Notes: generated by a model from the letters alone, not told the origin. A stretch of DNA of 64,000 nucleotides from Macrostomum lignano (GCA_002269645.1 NIVC01000142.1:124001-188000); one strand, 5' to 3'. Shown: positions 1 through 40,165, numbered from the stretch's first letter. Translations and numbers: made by a program.

Positions 1-27902
<27,902 letters not shown>

Positions 27903-29334
27903 GGTTTTACCTATGCTCTGTTCGTATTTGCAATCATCTCCATCAGCCGCCGATCAAGCCGTGGAAGGTCGCCGTTCTCGTCTTTATTTTTCGCGCAATT
28001 TCATATAGCTCGGCGAGCAGCTCTCTGCTGAATTCAATTTGCACCGCTTTTCTCTTTACTTTTGTTTTATTAATAAGGGGAGAGAGAGCAAAACAGCGTT
28101 GAGACTTGAAACAATTGTGTTAAAAAAAGAAAACAAGATGTGTACAATGCTAGTGCAGCACACCGACTTGGTTGAGCTTATTTTGTCTGGGACTTTCCTA
28201 CTAGCCCTTTTCAGTTAGTTCAAGCCTATTATCTATCTATTGGGCGCCGAGAATAAGAGTAAGGTTTGGTTCAACTGAAGAAGGGGGGGCGGGTTTAGCA
28301 AGGCCAATTAGGCGATTTGCTATTGGCTGGCTAACCCAGTCAGCCATTCCCACTGGCTGGGGTGGGGTGGGGCAAGGGGCCCCGCGCCTTGTACAATGCT
28401 GAGCTTGGGGGGCCGTGGCGTTGTAAAACACATTGGGGGCCAGCCTTCCTATCTTCTATCTTTTCGTTTAAATTCTCTTTACTTGCACTTGCTACTATAA
28501 GTGGCGCACAGAGACATTCTTGACTTGGTGTTTTTCTCATCAACTCAATCAAATCTTATTATAGTTTCATTTATATTTATTCTGTCCATTTTGCACGCAG
28601 TCCTGGGACAGAAACTCATAATTCAATTCAAGTTATTCAACCTAAGGGCTGAGTTTTTAGTTCTTACAGTGTGTGAGCTGAAACAGATTTTGTCCAAACT
28701 GTCTTCTTTGAATTAATGCATTTTGATTTTGTTTTCTTAAGCTCGGCAGCTATTCATTTTTTGACAATGACTCGCTTTTCTTCATTCCGCTGCATTGCAT
28801 CTGTTTTGTTGCACAAATCGCAGGCGCAAGGCGCGAGCCGCGAGCAGACAGACAACGTAAGAGAGCAAAAGAGAAAAACCTGAGGGGTAGAATTAGAAGT
28901 AGGTGCGGTTGCCCTTTCTCTAACAGGTCTCCATTGCAGATGATAGTAAGTACATGGATAGGAAGTGATGGAGGCCGGGACCACACACGCTGTGCGAATG
29001 GTCATTGAACTACTGCAGACCATACAGCTTGTATATCCAATGTATTATGCTGTTTGCATGTACGTACTGTTACTGCATGTTACTGCATAACATATTCAAC
29101 CAACCAACGCTACTGTGTTAATACATGGCAGAGCAGCATTGAGATAAGGGCAATGTCCCCTGACCTTCGGGGAGCCATCCAGGGGAAGTCAAAGAGATCA
29201 GCTACTGCGTATACTAGTGAAAACGGGGTTTCCTGGAAAAATCTGGACAGTAGCGCTAAAAGGGAATTTAAAAAGCAAAATATTACGCTTAGTGGGGCTG
29301 TTGCTTGGACAAAAACTTTACGATGCAGCATGAC

Positions 29335-30173
29335 TAGGGATTGCAAATCCCAGCTGTTCTACGATCCCGGGATCCCGGACGAAGCAATGACTCAATCCCG
29401 AGATCCCGGATCCAATCCCGGGATTGACATTTTAAATATTTGTGCCGATAGAATGCCAGAAAACCCGCTTTTTAAAACGTTTTTTTAAAAGTAATAGCTT
29501 TTCTATTTTATTTTACTAAATTTTACGAACACAAATGTGTAAAGCAGTAATACATTATATATTTCTCGACTTGACAGCATTACCGAGTATCTATTATCTA
29601 ATATATAATGGTTTCTTTTCCTGTTTTGTTATTTTCTACACTTGTAACTTACGAGCTCGTAATACATGTATGCAAATATAAATTCACGATCACGATCACG
29701 CCTGACTTTGAAAATTTCACGAAATTTCACGCTCGACCAAAATTTTCTGCTCGTCCGACCTCTAGTTTGTTTTACAAATTGCCTTTGGCTCAAGGTCCGA
29801 TGCCCAAGGCAGTTAGGCATGCTTTTGTTTCCTTCCAAAGCCTGTAGAAGTACATGTACATGCAGGCTGATTTCAGTAAATGCGTTGAACTCCCAGCAGA
29901 CGTCAATGAGTCATTTTTCAATGCTTTTATGTACATAACACAAGTTACACAGTCAAATACACAAACACAACACAAGTTTGAGACTCGCATGTATTGTATG
30001 TATTGTATAATTTGTATTGTATCACGTCACGATTCGAGAATCGAGAGTCACGTCACCACTCACGATCACGACGCGCGAATGTTACTTGTGTAACGTATTT
30101 AAAATACGAACATTTTGATATTTCCTGGATATCACCCACTTTATCAAAAAAGTTTCCAATCCCGGGATCCCTA
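29335..30173. mobile_element. Non-autonomous hAT-like DNA transposon (MITE-type), 839 bp
   Basis: Termini TAGGGAT...ATCCCTA, flanked by an 8-bp target duplication agcatgac/tgcatgac (7 of 8), with subterminal ATCCCGGGAT palindromes at both ends and no ORF. Confidence 0.65.
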
Positions 30174-31030
30174 TGCATGACTGTATGACTGTATGAACCT
30201 CTTCTAGTCTAGAACTTTTCGGACTTTTTTGAGCAAGGAGTTGTTAACTCTAATATCAATTTTTTATCCAGCTACGAGTATTGACCACGCTCCACACCTG
30301 CCTACGTACAAGGGCCACTATGGGCATTAAGTAGCTGTTTGCAAATGTCGCGTGGCATGGGTGAGTGACGGGAGGTGAGAGAGTTACGCTACAATATATA
30401 CCTGTGCTCTCCAGACTCCCTCAAAAAGGCGGTGTCGGTGGTGGCTGCACAGAGCACAACAGGAAGGACTTCAGAGACGCCTCTTACTCATACAGAGCCA
30501 GACCATTATCCGGTATAATAATATAATATGTACTTAAGAAGTAAACTATAGGTAGTAGGTAGCTTTGAGAGTTCTTGTGGCTATTATATGAATACAACCT
30601 TATCCGACCACAACAACAGCCACCTTTGAATAACACTGGATGCGATAGAGTAGGTTGCAGTTTCTTTTCAATTTAAACCACTTCCAGCGGCTGTTAAAGC
30701 GCGGAACCTCTTGTGGAAGATTTTGCAAATGCTTTGAATCTGTGATCAATATAGAAGCGGGGTAACTACGAGCTATAGAGGGAAGATTAAGACTATTGAA
30801 TACACACTCTGATTTTCACTCTATGGCATAAACTGGAAAGCGTTCAAACAGGGTATCTTGGAAGCATTCTAAAGTCTCTTGAGTCAATCTTGAAGCTTTC
30901 TTTTAATTCATTGCTGCGATCCGCCCTTGCAGCCCCTGAGCTCTTCCTGGCATTCACACGATAGATATATTGCCAGATTAAACTACAGCTGACTAAATCA
31001 ATTAATTATACGCAAAACCTGCGATTACAA

Positions 31031-33594
31031 ATGGACACTGAAGAAGGATATTCAGACACGTCGCAGTCACGAGGCTTTGGTAAGCTAAGCACAGCTTTTT
31101 GCTCAAAATTCTACATAATGGTACACGTCTAGTTTAGTTTAGTGTAGTTTTAAAACTATATGCGAAGACACTGCTAACTAAGTAGCATGGTGAACATTCT
31201 CTATCACAGTTTCAATCATATGAAACAAAAATTCAGGTACCTGGACTACAAGTGATCGCGATGCAGACTTTGGTTGGGTAGACGCCGTAAACAGTAACAA
31301 CCACATGCAGCCGAATCCAGAACCGCCTCGGGTCCAACCGACAGATGAAACAAAAAATGCGGCTGCAGCGCAAGCATCAACAACAGATAATTCTCGTAAG
31401 CGCACAATAATTTTGTATTTATTCTTTAATAGGCCTTATTCCGTCCACAAATCTGCTTAAATTTCCAGAGAAAGTATCAAAAAAGTCCAACATGACCATC
31501 AGTGAGGAGCGCAACGCCAAGATTCTGCCTATGAAAAAAAATCCGCTGTATAATGTTAATCTAGCAATTGAAAAACTCAACGAGTACCCGATGTTAAAGA
31601 TCCGCAAGGAGGGCAAGTTGTATTTAAATATGAAGAGAATAGTAAATGAGAAACATCCTAGGGTCAAGAAGAACAAGAGAGGAGAGGTGATACCAACCAT
31701 TCGCGAAGAAAAGCTCGGTCCAATTGAAAGCGTTGTTAGTCGCTTCTGTCAAGACGTACTGTGCATCAGCCGGGCTGACACGTTACCGCTGTCATCTCAG
31801 GGCGAGCGCCACCTGATTTGGGTGAGCTCGATAAAGGCTAAGCACATCATCAATCATCTCAATGGCAACGGCTGCTACGTTGTCAACCGCTTTCCAGGCG
31901 GTGTGTTCTTAAAAGACAAGCAGGTAATGGGCACCACGCTAAGAGAGTTCATGTTGGAGCGAAGAAACTACTGCATGAAGAGATGTGGCGCGAATGAGAT
32001 AACACCAGTAGATGATAGCGACGATGAGGATACCGGTGGAGTGACTTACCGGATCTGTACGCATATGGTTCAATCGATGCGAACCGACGAGGAAGGTTGT
32101 ACCGATGAAGCTTGCTATAACTTTGGAAAGCAAGTCTGCAAGCACTTGGACATCTTCATCCCAGAGGTGCAGAGCTTCAGCTCATATAACGCGCTGCAGG
32201 ACTTTTCTAATCGGCTTGATGATGAACTAAAGGGACAGTTGTTTGTTTGCAAACCATCCTACCTTTACAAGGGTCTTGGTTTTCGATTCTTTCACAAGGT
32301 TGAGGACTTTCAGAAGTTCTACCATATGACTATCGGTAAAGAGACGTCCCGACATGACTTCCTGGTTCAGCGTGTTATCAAAGATCCTTACCTTTTCAAT
32401 GGTCGCAAGGTGGACATTCGGGCATTTATGTTAATTATGACACTGCGCTATCGTCGAGTAGTAGCCTTCATTAATCCCGGCTTCTGTCGTGTGGCCTCAG
32501 CCGAGTACGAACCTTTCAATGGGCAGCCGAGCGACGAAGACCAAGAACCAGAAGAACCCGAAAACACGAAACCAATGACACCTCGGAAGATGCGAGATCG
32601 CGAGGCCGAGGAACTTGATGAAAAGATGCAGATGCTTGCCTGCCCGTATCAGACAAAGCAGGAGAGAGCCGAAAGAGCCAGGCGTATGAGTGAGAATCAA
32701 CTGTTCACCGATCGTGAAGATCGGTCTAAAGAACTTGATGAGGTTTTCAGAAGCGAATCGCTTCTTGAGAAGATTAAGGGACAGATCAAGCATATTGGAA
32801 TGCGCTTAGCCTCTGCTATTGAAAGCAAAATCTGGGACGCTTATGGCTGCTACCAGATCTTCGGATTAGACTTATGTGTGGACGAAAATCATAAAGTAAG
32901 GTCTTTTACTCGTAGTTTTAATAAGTAAATAATAGTTTATCAATTTCAAACAGGAAATCGCAAGAACTGTTAGTTCATCAGCGTTTTATGGCTAAAAACG
33001 CCCTTTCAGGTGTGGCTCCTCGAAGTAAACAGCCAAGCAATGAGCGAGGTGGATTTGTTGAGCCCAACCCAGCGCGTTGTAGTGCCCGCCGTGATCATGG
33101 AGTCCATAGGCCTGGTGGTTGAATGCATGTACAAGTCCAAGAATGGTCTGCGGCTGCGAAAAAGTCCGATAGACGAGTTCAAGGAGACCGGATTCTTGTT
33201 CGCGCAAAACTTCACCATGGTTTTCTCCACACTTGTAAATATTGGTTGCTTAAACCACTTAAGCCTTGATTAATGTCCGTAACGTTTCATTATCAGTAGC
33301 AAGCGGTCATACTTAAGAAAATTAACTGTGGAGAACTATTGAAAAAAATTATTGAAACTTTCAAGCTTCAAGCCCTATCTGAAATTTCAGAAGCGGCGAC
33401 GCACCGACTATCTGCCGCCAAGGAAGCCGCCACCCAGGGTGATTCCATTCTATCAGCGAGTGGATATGGTTGACCATATGATACGCCAAACAGACCAGAG
33501 AAAGTTCGAGACCACGGAAATGCGTAGGAAAGTCTTAGCTGAGAAGGCGAACTATAAGAGCAAAGTCAAAGCTAAGGATGAAGAAGAGTCGTGA
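31031..33594 (+). CDS. Divergent tubulin-tyrosine-ligase family protein (TTL/TTLL10-like), about 699 aa; join(31031-31079,31237-31395,31433-32895,33010-33234,33391-33594)
   Basis: ATP-grasp TTL motifs CKPSYLYKGLG, LVQRVIKDPYLFNGRKVDIRAF and YQIFGLDLCVDENHK|VWLLEVN; splice phases 1,1,0,0 are consistent. The last junction is uncertain (acceptor 33373 or 33391) and the first two exons are inferred from splice sites only. Confidence 0.85.
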
Positions 33595-33948
33595 ACAAGT
33601 GAGCATCAATGAGATCCGCTTGAGTTAATTCACTGAGCTCTTTGGGACGCAAGAGGCGAATCGTCCAAGCAGTGAATCCTTTAATCTTGACGCATTTTAG
33701 TTTCGCAAAGTTAATTTGAGTTTATTTTAATTTAAAAATCGCATTTCAGTGCGATTCAATATATAAACTCAACGTTCTGACCACGATTTTTGTGGCTTGA
33801 CATTGATTAGAAAATCTTAAACTTGTCGTTTAGAAATTTAATGCATCCTTTATTCGTTATGAAAGTGTTTAAATGGCAGTTATATAATGCTACCATGAGT
33901 AGGTCATTTCGATAGCGTGATTTGAAGTTGACAATGCTAGTAGTATAA

Positions 33949-34313
33949 TTAGAATGTCCGATCAACTATACTCCTCTCTATAATTAATGCGATTGGATGT
34001 AGTTTAAAATAATTGATATCGGTATAATCAATCGAAACCCTATAACTTTCTGATGTTCCACGCCCGAAAATTCGGTTCCCATCAGATACAGTAGAAAACG
34101 AGGCTACGATCCCAGGATCTGTTACGTCACAGTGCTCCCTGTAAGTGTATGAGCACTTGCCGAAGATAGAAATGGAAATTTCCGACTTTAAAACTCTAAA
34201 TACCACTTGAAGCCAGCATGTGTTCGGTCCGAGACGGTTATTGCAAGCCTTTGGACGTTGATTTTGGCAAAATGTACTTTCTGGCAGGCTTGCTCGTAAA
34301 AATGCAGCTTTTC
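33949..34313 (-). pseudogene. Possible unannotated gene 3' end (two exons, 65-nt intron), convergent with the TTLL gene
   Basis: 34313-34204 joins 34138-33949 via TG|gtattt...cttacag|G to give about 99 open codons (EKLHFYEQACQKVHFAKINVQRLAITVSDRTHAGFKWEHCDVTDP...RTF*). The upstream frame is broken next to A-homopolymers. No family recognised. Confidence 0.3.
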
Positions 34314-35230
34314 CTATCTCTTCGATGCGTTTTTTTCTCAGCTAAATTGTCTGAGAAGTCTTGCTTGCTTCCGGTCAGAAAGATTGGAAAGGAACTAAGA
34401 GCTATATTTCAACTGAAGCTCAAATCAATAAAATACAAACTGTAATCAACTTTGTAAGTACGGGGGTGTATATTGCAACTTCAGCCGATGAGAAGCTGCC
34501 GATTTCGTAGAGAAAAACAAAAACTCCAGAATGAAGTTTCAAACCCTTTCACCACAAGTGATCTTTGGCACTCGAGGTTTTTAGCCTTTGAACTCCAACC
34601 TCTCAGCTTCTTGAGCGTATCGCCCATCCCTTACTAATATATATATCCTTTATCTCTCCCACGCCCACAAGCTAAACTATCAATCCAGATCCTAGTTTCT
34701 GACGATCCTCCTTTTTCAAAGCCATGTGTTTTTAGATATCTGCCTTCATCTCACACAATGGGAGCCCAACCCCTGACTTCTCTATAAGCGTTTTTTTCCT
34801 GAAAAAGATGGGATAATTATTCTAACGACAGCCTCACGCAATTTTCATTATCAAAGAGCTTCTGATGGGGCATGCTGCGCTAAAAAAGCATTTTTTCCTT
34901 CCATTGTTGAGTGGCTTTTATCATCTCTGCTTCCCTTTCGGTGAAATCTCTTTGGGGTAAAAAAAGAAGTTCAATGAGAAAGTAGGTTGCTAATCGGAGC
35001 AACCTTTTTGCTTTGCTGCCGACCAAAGCGCTTCAGTCAAGTTTTAATCTATGCTCAAAGCAAAGCAACCATCAACCAAAATCTCCAACTTTTATCCAAT
35101 ACCTGTCAATAGTGAAATTGGAGGAAGCTTGGAAAACACTTTGAATTATCCAATGACTTCTGTTGTATAAGCATGGGCTTATTACTGGCAGGGGCGTCAT
35201 CATGGATGATGGAGGGGGAAAAAGCCAAGA

Positions 35231-35462
35231 ATTCTACATGTACTCATTTTGGCGCCTCAGGCACTCATTTTGGCGCCTCAGGCACTCATTTTGGCGCCGC
35301 GGGCACTCCTTTTGGCGCCGCGGGCACTCATTTTGGCGCCGCGGGCACTCATTTTGGCGCTGCAGGCACTCATTTTGGCGCCGCAGGCATTCATTTTGAC
35401 GCCGCGGGCACTCATTTTGGCGCGGCGGGCACTCATTTTGGCGCCGCGGGCACTCATTTTTA
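35231..35462. repeat. 21-bp minisatellite (ggcactcattttggcgccgcg)
   Basis: Tandem copies. Confidence 0.94.
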
Positions 35463-36632
35463 CGCCCTGAAGCAAAACTATTGATTTCCTCAACTGGTCA
35501 CAAGGGAGGGGTGACGAACCTCATCTTCCGACCTCATACGAGAAGTTGAATTTAAATCCAGAATGTATTCGATTTAATGGCGACTCAAATGTCAAACAGT
35601 AAAACAAATAAAATGATACTATTATGAAAGTCTCAATAAAAGAGATTATAACGCGTTATCAAAAACTAATTTGAATTTTGATTATTTCTTTCTTGAATTT
35701 TGAAAAATGCCTGTTTCACGTGTGCTCTTTGAGAGTTTCTGAAGGTGTGAAAAGTTGATTATCTCGTGACAAAGCACCAATTAGAGTCTTGCATAAATTT
35801 TCCCATAACTTTGGCGTGCTATAAGTCTTCTTTATTGCCAGAAATTCTTGAAGGCCTGTTATCATGTGTTTGCCAGGCTTTTATCGGAGATCCAGCAGCG
35901 AGTCAGCTTCATCTAGGGGCGGGATTAGGCAGCAATGACCCGGCGCGGTTCCGGGCCAGATGGTAGCCCCTGAATTCTGCAGTGCTGCGCAGGGATATCT
36001 GCAAACTTCCAATCTGAAAGCTTTGGAGCTTTAAAGTTTGTTTTTGCTGTGTACTTTTCCTTCTTTTATTCCTGGCGTGGCAGGTTAGCTCGCCTCGGTA
36101 AATATTTTGAAGAAGGGTCGAGATGCTACGAGAGATCTGCATGTTGTGGAGATTGCAACAAACCAAATAGCAGGAATTTTTTTTATTTTTGTGAATTTAG
36201 CATAGACCTAATTAGCCTTAGGGCTACTGGGGAGGCAATTACATGAGCTCGGACAAAATTACCTGTAGTGGGGACGAAAACTCCCCAATTCAATATCTGA
36301 CGGTTTCAAGGATTTCCAATGAAAATTTCTCACCAGGAGGTAACATTAGGCGCAGAAACAAACGATCAAAAAAGATGATTAGATTTTACAAAATTTGATT
36401 AATACTTTATTAACGAGTCTAGTATTGAATAAGTAATCAACAGCTAAAAAAATGTAATCTGATAAATTGTGACTTCGAATATAGTATGTTTCTTAAGTAT
36501 AACATTATTTGCTCCATACTTTTGAGTATTTACAACGAAGCAGACAGAGTAGCATCTCAGTCTTAATGGAAGAATGGCGAGGAATGGCGGTGAGAGTCTC
36601 GAAGTGAAGAAGCGATTCTTTGGTTTGAGTCC

Positions 36633-38045
36633 TCACACTGAGGTGAGCCGGTACCCGACGCAGTCGCGGTACTTTCTCTCGCGTCGCCTTCGGGAGGCGC
36701 TGCTGCCGCTGCCGCCACTGTCGCAGCCGGACGTAGTCCAGCGCTGGTCTCCAACTGAGCGCGGACCCCGCAGAGGGCGCAGCTCCTCCGAAGCCGCTCC
36801 GACAATTTCGTCACTGTCGTCATAGTCGATCGCCTCCAGGGACGGCGGCGGCGGCGGCTGCCGAGGCGCCCGATGCTGTATCGGAGGCGGCGTGAGCGGG
36901 GGCGTTACCGGCAGCGGGGCTCGCTCCGGACGGAACTTGTACTGCGCCACCGCCTTGCCCGAGCTGGCCGGGGTCGAGCAGCAAACGAACAGTCTGCGCT
37001 GCAGCTCCTGGCGGAATCGGTGACCGAGCACGAAGTAAAATATCCAATTGGTGGCGTTGTTCGTGTACATGAGCACGGCGAACACTCGTTCGGCTATTTT
37101 CAGTGCAGCGGCGTGCGCCGGACCTCCGCGCTGGAGATCGGCGCGCCGCTCCGTAGCGTAGATCAAGTAGAGCTCATAGGGCAGCGCGAACAGCAGGAAG
37201 GTGGAGTTCATGCCGATCAGGGCGATGGAAATCCGACGCTGCTGCTGGCTTAGGCGGGCCTGGTCGGTCGGGAAGGTGCGCTTGAACCGGTGCAGGCTGT
37301 ACATGATTCCCGCCGAGCTGACCGCCAGGCACACGGCCGGGAAGAACACCCGGAGCACCAGGGTGCTGTAGAAATAGTAGGGCGACTTCCATTTCTGAGC
37401 GCACACGCCGCCGCTACCGCCGCCGCCGCCAGTGCCGTTGTTTGCTTCGCTGCGCTCGTAGTACTTGACGGAACTGGTGACGGCCGCCACGGCCAGCACG
37501 ATTGGCACAGCCAGCGTCACCGCCAGGGCCCGCTTGGAGGCGGCGTAGTTCAGCCGGCGTCGGCAGGCCAGCGGCATCACGGCGCTCAGACATCTGGTGA
37601 GGCTGATGCCCACCTGCACCCAGCTGGAGGCGATGAGGCCATAGTACTGCAGGATGGTCAGGCCGTAGCAGGCCGGCGCGTTCCAGCTTCGAGGATCGTA
37701 GCTGCCAACCGTGGCAGTCGGCGACAATTCGGCTTTGACAATGGCTCGCACAATGTTCAGGTACATGATTGGCAGGCCCACTGACAGTACGCACAGGTCG
37801 GTAAGGCTGAGCGCGATGAACCAGGGCCGGGCCTCCTTCTGCGTGCTGCCGCGCCGGAGCAGCACGGTGACGCACACGATCGTGCCCGCGCAGCCGGACA
37901 CGTACAGCAGCGGGACTAGCCAGGCGAACAGGTACTTGTACACCGCGGCCAGCAGCTCCAGTGCGGCCGCCTCTTTGGCCGCGTCACTGTCGACGTCTAC
38001 CGTTGAATTGCCGCCGTTCATCAAACTGGCAGCGGTTACCGGCAT
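36633..38045 (-). CDS. Intronless class A (rhodopsin-like) peptide-type GPCR, 470 aa
   Basis: Seven hydrophobic segments; TM1 GCAGTIVCVTVLLR, TM2 LSLTDLCVL, TM3 SSWVQVGISLTRC, TM6 FLLFALPY, TM7 YTNNATNWIFYFVLGHRFRQEL; N-terminal NST sequon. Confidence 0.92.
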   Translation of the reverse strand: MPVTAASLMNGGNSTVDVDSDAAKEAAALELLAAVYKYLFAWLVPLLYVSGCAGTIVCVTVLLRRGSTQKEARPWFIALSLTDLCVLSVGLPIMYLNIVRAIVKAELSPTATVGSYDPRSWNAPACYGLTILQYYGLIASSWVQVGISLTRCLSAVMPLACRRRLNYAASKRALAVTLAVPIVLAVAAVTSSVKYYERSEANNGTGGGGGSGGVCAQKWKSPYYFYSTLVLRVFFPAVCLAVSSAGIMYSLHRFKRTFPTDQARLSQQQRRISIALIGMNSTFLLFALPYELYLIYATERRADLQRGGPAHAAALKIAERVFAVLMYTNNATNWIFYFVLGHRFRQELQRRLFVCCSTPASSGKAVAQYKFRPERAPLPVTPPLTPPPIQHRAPRQPPPPPSLEAIDYDDSDEIVGAASEELRPLRGPRSVGDQRWTTSGCDSGGSGSSASRRRRERKYRDCVGYRLTSV

Positions 38046-38569
38046 CTTTTGGAGCGACTTTTTTCGTCTGTTTTTTCTCTGAGTCTGTGAAGTATTCGGC
38101 GTGGGTGGCAGGCAGGATGCGGGCCGTGGGGGCGCTCACTTTTGAATCTTATCTCTGGCCATCGCTTGAGTCCAGCGCGAGTGGTAGGCTGATTCGCTCG
38201 CAACTAGCTGTCCAATCTCGGGGACTGGGGGGCTGCGTGGGATTTGCTCCCACGAGGGATCGGGGATGAGAGTAGCCATGAAATCCTCAGTTCAAATCCC
38301 CGCAGAGTACAGGAGGCTGGGGAATATGTAGAGTATTCGAGAACTACTATGCATCGACTCACTCCATCATTGTCAATATCTCTCGGTCCGTGCGGCAGAC
38401 AAAACTCCCTGGACTGTCATGTCTTCTGGTTAAAGGAATAACGAAAATCCGCGTTATTAATTTGCATCGCGGGTTTCCGTCTGCTGGGAATTATTTTTTT
38501 GGCAAACGGGAATTATTAGAAACAGGAAATTAGTATTGACTTTTTTGCCGTGATCCACCCGACACCAAG

Positions 38570-39335
38570 GAGGGTAGCGGTGACCCACAGCAGGGTGGAG
38601 GCTAGCGGTGACCCACAGCAGGGTGGAGGGTAGCGGTGACCCACAGCAGGGTGGAGGGTAGCGGTGACCCACAGCAGGGTAGAGGGTAGCGGTGACCCAC
38701 AGCAGGGTGGAGGCTAGCGGTGACCCACAGCAGGGTGGAGGGTAGCGGTGACCCACAGCAGGGTAGAGGGTAGCGGTGACCCACAGCAGGGTAGAGGGTA
38801 GCGGTGACCCACAGCAGGGTGGAGGGTAGCGGTGACTCACAGCAGGGTGGAGGGTAGCGGTGACCCACAGCAGGGTAGAGGGTAGCGGTGACCCACAGCA
38901 GGGTGGAGGGTAGCGGTGACTCACAGCAGGGTGGAGGGTAGCGGTGACCCACAGCAGGGTAGAGGGTAGCGGTGACCCACAGCAGGGTGGAGGCTAGCGG
39001 TGACCCACAGCAGGGTGGAGGGTAGCGGTGACCCTCAGCAGGGTAGAGGGTAGCGGTGACCCACAGCAGGGGTGGAGGCTAGCGGTGACCCACAGCAGGG
39101 TGGAGGGTAGCTCAGTGATCCCCGGGCGGGTAGGGTGGAGGGTAGCTCAGTTATCCCCGGGCGGGTAGGGTGGAGGGTAGCTCAGTTGATCCCCGGGCGG
39201 GTAGGGTGGAGGGTAGCTCAGTTGATCCCCCGGGGGGGGGTAGGGCGGAGGGTAGTGGTGATCCCCGGGCGGGTAGGGCGGAGGGTAGCTCATTGATCCC
39301 CGGGCGGATAGGGCGGAGGGTACTGAGGTGACCTA
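38570..39335. repeat. 28-bp minisatellite (gggtagcggtgacccacagcagggtgga) with a G-richer variant block at 39110-39335
   Basis: Tandem copies upstream of the GPCR. Confidence 0.94.
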
Positions 39336-39910
39336 CAGCGGGCAGGGTAGAGGCGGAGAACATGGCATGAAGGCAAAGTATCGCTCAGTTCTTATTTCCC
39401 CCAACTCTTTGCCAAGGGAAGTTACTTTTCCGGAAATTCGCCAGAGCAAAAACAGACCAGACTCTGCTCGCATCCGGAGTTCAAAAATAAATTATAAAGC
39501 TGAGAACAGTAGCCTGTGCAGTCTGTGAACTTTTATGGCTCTAGTCTGTTCCGCGCCGTCATCTCTACTTGGAATGCAAATGCTGTGACGGCGTGCATAA
39601 ATCAGCTCCCCCACTGATGCTGTCGACCCTGAATCCGCTTCTCCATGTCGCTTGTGAGCTTTGAGTCGCAGAGAGTCAGAGATTCTCTCTTGTCAGCGAG
39701 ATTGGATTTTGCACTCCCAATATCCCCCTTGTACCCGTCGCATTATCATGCTTTCCTTCGCTATCCCCTCCGGTTTAATTAGGCCTAAGGGCTATTGCAT
39801 GTTCGATATGCCCCTCCCTCCCGACCCCCTCCATGTGTATTTTAGATGGTGCAGCTGCATATTGGAAAAAGTTTTCGATTTTAGATTTCGAAGATGGCAG
39901 AAGGGAAAGG

Positions 39911-40165
39911 GAATAGAATAGAATAGAATAGAATAGAATAGAATAGAATAGAATAGAATAGAATAGAATAGAATAGAATAGAATAGAATAGAATAGAATA
40001 GAATAGAATAGAATAGAATAGAATAGAATAGAATAGAATAGAATAGAATAGAATAGAATAGAATAGAATAGAATAGAATAGAATAGAATAGAATAGAATA
40101 GAATAGAATAGAATAGAATAGAATAGAATAGAATAGAACAGAACAAAATAGAATAGAATAGATAA
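39911..40165. repeat. (AATAG)n microsatellite
   Basis: Direct. Confidence 0.98.

Noticed and set aside
35189-35469. MITE with CAGGG(G)CGT ends around the 21-bp array
   Set aside because: The ends are imperfect and no target-site duplication was found.
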